Assembly: GCA_044344255.1 (NCBI GenBank)
Contig: JBIJDH010000001.1
Span: forward strand, 192,001 to 256,000
Reading direction: 5' to 3'
Origin: Myxococcota bacterium
GTDB taxonomy: Bacteria > Myxococcota_A > UBA796 > UBA2385
Length of the DNA: 64,000 nt
Positions within the stretch are counted from its first letter, which is position 1, and each line of letters begins with the position of its first letter. Below are positions 58,713 to 64,000 of this stretch, one piece after another. Below the pieces are notes generated by a model. That model saw only the letters and a program-made list of their open reading frames with translations, did not search any database and was not told the DNA's origin. Position numbers and translations under genes: made by a program.

Positions 58713-60530
58713 CTACAGCCGACACACCGCAGGGAGCCGCAGGCCGCAGTCCTGGTCGTCCCAATACCAGCCACCGGGCGCGGCGCCCGCACAATTCTCC
58801 GCGACCCCGCCGTTCGGCGCGCCGCCTCCCCAGGCCGCCCAGCCGCCCACGGGCGCGCCGCTGGGCGTGAGCCACGCCCCCTCGGCGGCCGTGTCGGTCG
58901 CCCCCACCCACCACCAAGCGCCGCCGGTCCACGCGTAGTCCTGCCAGTAATTGTGCAGCCAGAACACGTACCAGTCATAGGTCCCCATCGGGAACCCAAG
59001 CTCGGCGCCATAAGCCGCGCAGCGAGCCACGGACTCCTCGAAGGTGCCCGGAGATGGACAGAACAACATCCGCGAGTCTTCGAAGCTGTACTCGTCACAG
59101 TCCGCGCAGGCCTCTCCGTCATCGACGCGACCGTTACAATCATCATCGCGCTCGTTACACAGATCTGCGGCGCCCGGATGAATGGCGGGGTCCCGATCGT
59201 CGCAGTCCCCGCAGGCCTCGAAGCCATCCCCGTCCTCATCGCCCCCGTCGGAGTGACAGGTCACCCAGGCGTGCAGATAGGCCTGACGGTTGCGGGCATA
59301 GGACACGAGGCGGTCGGCGGCGTCGGACTGGGCGCCCACGGTGTGCGTGGAGAGGCGGTCCCGCGAGAAGGGCTCGGCGATCTGCGCCTCCCACGTCGAG
59401 ACCTGCTCGGCGATCCAGTCGGGGTCGTAGGCCTCTACCGCCGCGGCCATCGCGGCGACGAAGCGCGGACCGTAGACGGGATCGGCCACGACGGCGTCGA
59501 AGTGGGGCTGATAGCCCGAGTCCCGATAGAACGTGTAGGGGTCGGCGAAGTAGGGCGCGTCGTCAAAGCTGAAGTCCATGTCCCAGGGCTGGAACACGAT
59601 GCCGCGGCTGGGGTGCTCGTACAGGTAATAGTTATGGTTACAGCACCAGTAGCCGTCGTTCTGCGGCAGCGTCGCCTCCCCCGCCCACTCCCGGATGTTG
59701 GCCTCGAGGTCGGTGTTCGCCTCCTGCCAGGCCACGCCGCTGTTCGCCCAGAAGGCGCTGATCGCGGTCCCGTCGGAGGCCTCCTCGTTCACCGTGGCCA
59801 CGCTCCCGTACTTCCAGAGGGTGCCCGTCGCCCCCTCGTCGCCATAGATCCGGTCCAGGTATTCTTGATCGGGGAACTCGATGTTGGCGTAGAGGCCATA
59901 GAACGCGCCGTTGACCGACAGGGTCGCGTTGTTCGCGCAGGGCGCCTCGATGCCCATCCGCCGTAACAGCGCGTAGGAGAGGCGGTCGCGGAGGATGGAG
60001 GGGTCATACCAGGAGGAGTCGAGGGCGATCTTCCGCAGCCCCATGAAGCGGCCGTCGGGATCTGACTCATTCATGGAGATCACGAACTGCATCTTCTCGC
60101 CGATCCACGAGAAGCCAGGGTTCCCCTTCAGGCGCACCGCCGCGTCCGAGCGCTCGATGAGCGTCCCCCCGTCGTCGACGTACCGAAAGACCGCCGGGTG
60201 GTACTGCTTGACGCCCGAGGCATAGTCGGCCTCGAGGGCGGCCCAGTCGGTGTCGGTGATCTCCAGCTCGAAGGCGGGGAGGCGCCCCTGGGCGAACAGG
60301 GTGGGGCAGCCATCATCGACGGCCTCGGGCAGCGCCTCCAGCGGCGCGTCCACCGCCCCGTCGGCCCCGGAGCCATCGCCCCCATCGTTCCCGGAGCCAT
60401 CGCTCCCGTCCGCGCTGCCGCTCCCCTCCCCTGCCCCCACCGGCTCCTTCGTGCCGGGCGCCGGCGAGGCGGCGTCACAGGAAAGAACGAGCAGCAACAA
60501 GAGCGGGAGCGGCCGGCGGGACGTGCGCAT
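58713..60530 (-). CDS. CotH-kinase family lipoprotein with MopE-like repeat and C-type lectin domain
   Basis: LVLSC lipobox; VRLKG, YGLYANIE, HNYYLY, PWDMD; DEDGDG..DCDD; WVGATD..EG.W, ENC..W.D..C. Confidence 0.8.
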   Translation of the reverse strand: MRTSRRPLPLLLLLVLSCDAASPAPGTKEPVGAGEGSGSADGSDGSGNDGGDGSGADGAVDAPLEALPEAVDDGCPTLFAQGRLPAFELEITDTDWAALEADYASGVKQYHPAVFRYVDDGGTLIERSDAAVRLKGNPGFSWIGEKMQFVISMNESDPDGRFMGLRKIALDSSWYDPSILRDRLSYALLRRMGIEAPCANNATLSVNGAFYGLYANIEFPDQEYLDRIYGDEGATGTLWKYGSVATVNEEASDGTAISAFWANSGVAWQEANTDLEANIREWAGEATLPQNDGYWCCNHNYYLYEHPSRGIVFQPWDMDFSFDDAPYFADPYTFYRDSGYQPHFDAVVADPVYGPRFVAAMAAAVEAYDPDWIAEQVSTWEAQIAEPFSRDRLSTHTVGAQSDAADRLVSYARNRQAYLHAWVTCHSDGGDEDGDGFEACGDCDDRDPAIHPGAADLCNERDDDCNGRVDDGEACADCDEYSFEDSRMLFCPSPGTFEESVARCAAYGAELGFPMGTYDWYVFWLHNYWQDYAWTGGAWWWVGATDTAAEGAWLTPSGAPVGGWAAWGGGAPNGGVAENCAGAAPGGWYWDDQDCGLRLPAVCRL

Positions 60531-60635
60531 GGTTGAGCATACTCCCGGAACCACACCGCCAAGGGCCAAGGCTCCCTGTGCCGGTGGGCCGGATACGTTG
60601 CCCCCCTGCCCCCACACAGCGCCACCGGAGCGACG

Positions 60636-61355
60636 ATGAAGCCGCCTGTCTGGTCCTTCGGCCTCCTGCTCCTCCTCTTCCTCCCTGCCTGCACGGGCGC
60701 GCCGCAGCCCGCCGCGCCCCCGCCCACGACGCCCGCCGAGGCCGCGCACCCCGCTGAAGCGGTCGCCCCCGCGGCGGTCGAGGGCCCGCCCTGGGTCGAA
60801 GCCGCGGTGCGAGAGGCCCTCGAGTGGGAGGTGATGCCCGGCACCACCGCGGTGGAAGACCCGACCCGACCCCCCGCGCTGCGCGCCTTCTTCCTCGGCC
60901 ACCCCGAGTACGAGGCCGCCGACCGCCGCGCCGCCCTGGCCGACCTCGCCTGCGCCTTCGGCACCGAAGAGGCGCACAAACGCCTGTCCGCGCCGGCCGC
61001 GCCCACGCCCTACGTCGTCGAGCTCACCGACCCGGGTGGGCGCCTCGTGCTGGCCCACGCCTCTGGCTGGTGCACCAGCGACGACTGGTCCTGGTTCACC
61101 AACGAGGTCGGAGAGGCGCTCAAGGGCCGCGGCATCCCCTACGCCTACGCCGGGGCCGAATACAACGAGCTCGTGCTGCGCCGCGGCGAGGCCGAGGTCG
61201 CCCGCTTCCCGCTCATCGGCCAGGGCTACCTCGCGACCGAGCTCGGGCGCGTGCCCACCGAGATCGGCCACTCGATGGTGGAGGACGTACTGCCGGCCCT
61301 GTGGGCCTACTACGGGTCAGGGTCTGGCGTGCCTGCTCCCGACGGCCCACGCTGA
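60636..61355 (+). CDS. Hypothetical lipoprotein
   Basis: LFLPAC lipobox; GGAG RBS. Confidence 0.65.
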   Translation: MKPPVWSFGLLLLLFLPACTGAPQPAAPPPTTPAEAAHPAEAVAPAAVEGPPWVEAAVREALEWEVMPGTTAVEDPTRPPALRAFFLGHPEYEAADRRAALADLACAFGTEEAHKRLSAPAAPTPYVVELTDPGGRLVLAHASGWCTSDDWSWFTNEVGEALKGRGIPYAYAGAEYNELVLRRGEAEVARFPLIGQGYLATELGRVPTEIGHSMVEDVLPALWAYYGSGSGVPAPDGPR

Positions 61356-62611
61356 CGCTCCCCCACGCCGGGCAGCGCCTCCGGTCCGCGCGCGAGCTCC
61401 GCCTCCCGCGCCTCCAACAAGGCCCGCTCCCCATCATTCCCCGCTCTCTCGATCGCCCGCTTCAGCTCGATCGCCGCCTCCTCCCGCCTCCCCAGCCGAC
61501 GGAGCAGCTCCGCGCGGGCCGCGGGGAGCAGGTGCCCGCGGTGGAGCCCGGGGTCGTCGAGGGCGTCGAGCGCGGCGAGGCCCGCGCTGTCCCCCTCCAC
61601 CATGGCCACCGCCACCGCGCGGTTGAGCGCGACCGCCGGGCTGGGAGCGACGAGGCTGAGCTGATCATAGAGGCTGAGCACCCGCGCCCAGCGGGTCCCG
61701 TGGGCGGCCACATGCTCGGCGGCGATGGCGGCCTGGAGCGTATAGGGCCCGGGCGGCCCCAGTCGACCTGCATGGGCGAGGGCGGCGAGGCCGCGCGCGA
61801 TGCGCCGCCGGTCCCAACGGGAGCGGTCCTGGTCGGGGAGGAGGATGAGGGCGCCGTCCTCGGCGAGCCGGGCCCCCCGCCGGGCGTCTTGGAGGAGCAG
61901 CAGCGCGTAGAGGCCGAGGCCCTCGCGGTCGGCGTGCAGGCGGAGGACCAGCTCGGCGAGGCGGAGGGCCTCGTCACAGAGGTCACCCCGGATGGCGGGG
62001 CCACGGGTGGCGGCGTAGCCCTCGGTGAAGACGAGGTAGATGACGTGCCGCACGGCGTCGAGGCGTTCGGGGAGGGCCTCGGGCCCCGGCACCTCGTAGG
62101 GGATGCGCGCGTCCCGGATCTTCCGTTGGGCCCGGACGAGGCGCTGGGCCATGGTCGCAGGATCGACGAGGAAGGCCCGCGCGACCTCCTCGGTGGAGAG
62201 CCCGCAGAGGGTGCGGAGCGTGAGCGCCACCTGGGCCTCGAGCGCGAGGGCGGGGTGGCAGCAGGTGCAGATGAGGCGGAGGCGCTCGTCAGGGAGCTGC
62301 TCCTCGGGCGGGGGCGCCTCTCGCTCGGCGGACGCCGCGAGGACCGCGGCGCGGCGGTCGCTGGCGGCGTCTCGGCGGAGCTGGTCGACGAGGCGGAAGC
62401 GGGCCGCCCGCAGGAGCCAGCCCACGGGGCTCGTGGGCGGCGCCTCCGACCAGGCCGCGAGGGCGGCGGTGGCGGCCTCCTGGAGGGCGTCTTCGGCCCG
62501 CTCGAGGTCTCCCCCCGCCGTGCGGGCGAGGATGGCCACGAGCCGACCGTGCTCCTCCCGGAGGACCGCCTCCAGCAGCCCCTCCCCGGGGGTCCGCTGT
62601 TCCAGGGTCAC
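61310..62611 (-). CDS. ECF sigma factor, ECF42 group (TPR-like C-terminal extension)
   Basis: AEDALQEA, RLICTCCHPAL, QRLVRA, YLVFTEGY and QDRSRWD motifs; adjacent DGPF gene. Confidence 0.9.
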   Translation of the reverse strand: MTLEQRTPGEGLLEAVLREEHGRLVAILARTAGGDLERAEDALQEAATAALAAWSEAPPTSPVGWLLRAARFRLVDQLRRDAASDRRAAVLAASAEREAPPPEEQLPDERLRLICTCCHPALALEAQVALTLRTLCGLSTEEVARAFLVDPATMAQRLVRAQRKIRDARIPYEVPGPEALPERLDAVRHVIYLVFTEGYAATRGPAIRGDLCDEALRLAELVLRLHADREGLGLYALLLLQDARRGARLAEDGALILLPDQDRSRWDRRRIARGLAALAHAGRLGPPGPYTLQAAIAAEHVAAHGTRWARVLSLYDQLSLVAPSPAVALNRAVAVAMVEGDSAGLAALDALDDPGLHRGHLLPAARAELLRRLGRREEAAIELKRAIERAGNDGERALLEAREAELARGPEALPGVGERQRGPSGAGTPDPDP

Positions 62612-62961
62612 ATCCCCCGGCTGGGCAGCGGGCGCACCTCGATGGTCCCAAAGCGGGCGCTCGGGATCTTCGCCGCGATGGCCAGGGCCCGGTCGAGGTT
62701 CGCCACCTCGACGAGGAAGTAGCCGCCGAGCTGCTCCCGGGTCTCGGCGAAGGGGCCGTCGGTCAGGAGCGAGGCCCCACCCCGAACCCGCAGGCTGGTG
62801 GCCGTGCGCGTGGGCATGAGCTCGTCACCGCCCCGGAGCTCCCCGCTCGCTGCGAGCTCGGCGGCGAGGGCGCGGTACTCGGCGTAGATGAGGGCCCGCT
62901 CCTCGGCGGGGAGGGCCGCGAAGAGCTGTTCGTCGTCATAGATGAGGAGGAGGTACTGCAT
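62608..62961 (-). CDS. YciI/DGPF family protein
   Basis: TDGPFAETREQLGGYF. Confidence 0.92.
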   Translation of the reverse strand: MQYLLLIYDDEQLFAALPAEERALIYAEYRALAAELAASGELRGGDELMPTRTATSLRVRGGASLLTDGPFAETREQLGGYFLVEVANLDRALAIAAKIPSARFGTIEVRPLPSRGM

Positions 62962-62976
62962 GTCGGGCTCCAGGCT

Positions 62977-63726
62977 TCAGGCGCGGTAGGTCGGGGCGCT
63001 CTTCCAGACCGCCACCGCGGCGCCGGTGGTGTCGATGAGGACGGCGAAACGACCCATCCCGGGGATGTCGGTGGGGGGGCCCATGAGGGTACCGCCTGCG
63101 GCGGTGGCGCGGGCGACCGCGGCCTCAACATCGGGCACCGCCACGTAGGCGAGCCAACTGTTGGGCACGCCCGCCGGGGCCGTCATCGCGCTCGCCCGGG
63201 CCGTCTTGCCGGCGTTGAAGACGACCATGTCGCCCATGTTCTCAGCGGTCCAGCCGAAGATCGCGGTGTAGAATGCGACCGAGCCGGCGAGATCATTGGT
63301 CAGGAGCTGCGACCAGCAGAAGCTCCCGTCGGGGGGCGTGCTCTCGGTGTCGGTGGCGCCCGGATTGAGGCCGCGGAAGAGGGCGAAGGCGGCGCCGTCG
63401 GGGCTGGCGACCACGGCGAAGCGGCCGATGCCCGGCACATCCATGGCGGGGGTATAGGCCCGACCGCCGAGCGCCACCACCTGGGTGAGGCTGGCGTCCA
63501 CGTCGTCCACCGTGACGTAGTCGAGCCACATGGAGGGGGCCTCGGGCATCATCGGCGGGGTGAAGCCGCCCACCTGCTCGCCGTTGTGGAGGAAGACCTG
63601 GTATCCGGACGGATCGGCGGGGTTCATCGCCGTGTGGGTCCACTGGAAGGTGGCGCCGTAGAAGGCGGCGGAGCGGGCGGTGTCGGGGGTGGTGAGCTCG
63701 CGCCAGACAAATCGACCTGCAGACAT
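62977..63726 (-). CDS. VOC/glyoxalase family two-domain protein
   Basis: FVWREL.T.D..FY..W; twice D(V/I)PG.GRFAV. Confidence 0.9.
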   Translation of the reverse strand: MSAGRFVWRELTTPDTARSAAFYGATFQWTHTAMNPADPSGYQVFLHNGEQVGGFTPPMMPEAPSMWLDYVTVDDVDASLTQVVALGGRAYTPAMDVPGIGRFAVVASPDGAAFALFRGLNPGATDTESTPPDGSFCWSQLLTNDLAGSVAFYTAIFGWTAENMGDMVVFNAGKTARASAMTAPAGVPNSWLAYVAVPDVEAAVARATAAGGTLMGPPTDIPGMGRFAVLIDTTGAAVAVWKSAPTYRA

Positions 63727-63772
63727 GGGGTGCTCCTGGGTTGTCCCCGCTGGAGCGCGGGGTCAGGCAGAG

Positions 63773-63799
63773 GTCGAAGCCCGACCGCCGAGATCGACA
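63773..63799 (-). promoter_or_regulatory. ECF42-type promoter
   Basis: TGTCGA-N17-CGAC upstream of the VOC-YciI-ECF42 operon. Confidence 0.65.
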
Positions 63800-63824
63800 G
63801 CGCCTGAAACTTTTTGTGATTCGG

Positions 63825-64000
63825 CTACGGCGGGCCGTTCAGGCAGGAGAGGAAGCGCTCCAGCTCCGCCCGCTCCTCATCGGAGAGCCCGCCCCCCTGC
63901 GGCATCGTCGCCGCCACCAGCACGGACTGGCGGATGAGCTCGATCTGCGCCTTCACCTCGGCCTCGTCGTCGAAGGTGAGGGCCTCCGGCGCGCCGAAAC
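63825..64000 (-). CDS. 3' end of a small protein, possibly cytochrome c-like
   Basis: FGAPEALTFDD...TMPQGGGLSDEERAELERFLSC; any haem-binding motif would lie outside the window. Confidence 0.4.
   Translation of the reverse strand, partial: FGAPEALTFDDEAEVKAQIELIRQSVLVAATMPQGGGLSDEERAELERFLSCLNGPP

Noticed and set aside
60531..61271. N-terminal extension of the CotH ORF
   Set aside because: Antisense to the 60636-61355 lipoprotein gene; the signal peptide begins at 60530.

Overview
GC-rich bacterial DNA; the gene content is consistent with Myxococcota/Deltaproteobacteria, which is an inference. The window has five blocks. (1) 1-15.8 kb is an envelope/glycan-modification region: GT-C-type membrane glycosyltransferases, an SGNH hydrolase, a sulfatase-fold protein, and an ACP + LnmK-like + SGNH-like + MBOAT operon. 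(2) 16-27.3 kb is an accessory region ending at tRNA-Pro(CGG). It has three related attachment-like junctions (21177, 22284, 27248) that delimit integrase-less cassettes: a ParD/ParE toxin-antitoxin pair and two secreted glycan-active lipoproteins. The junctions carry an orphan protein-tail frame that appears to be under codon selection, plus a 5-bp motif shift typical of serine-integrase attP versus attB. (3) 27.4-50.7 kb is mostly housekeeping: rpe, fmt, def, DegT, radical SAM, GldF/GldG/DUF4340, ruvX, cinA, ACAD, a DEAD-box helicase, and argS coupled to an orphan N6-adenine methyltransferase. (4) 50.8-58.7 kb is a futalosine-pathway menaquinone operon containing an MqnE-MqnA-degenerate MqnC triple fusion, with a divergent GbsR-like regulator. 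(5) 58.7-64 kb holds a CotH/lectin lipoprotein and a VOC-YciI-ECF42 operon. No CRISPR array, rRNA gene, transposase or integrase gene was seen. All product calls come from motif recognition by eye; no database searches were run.
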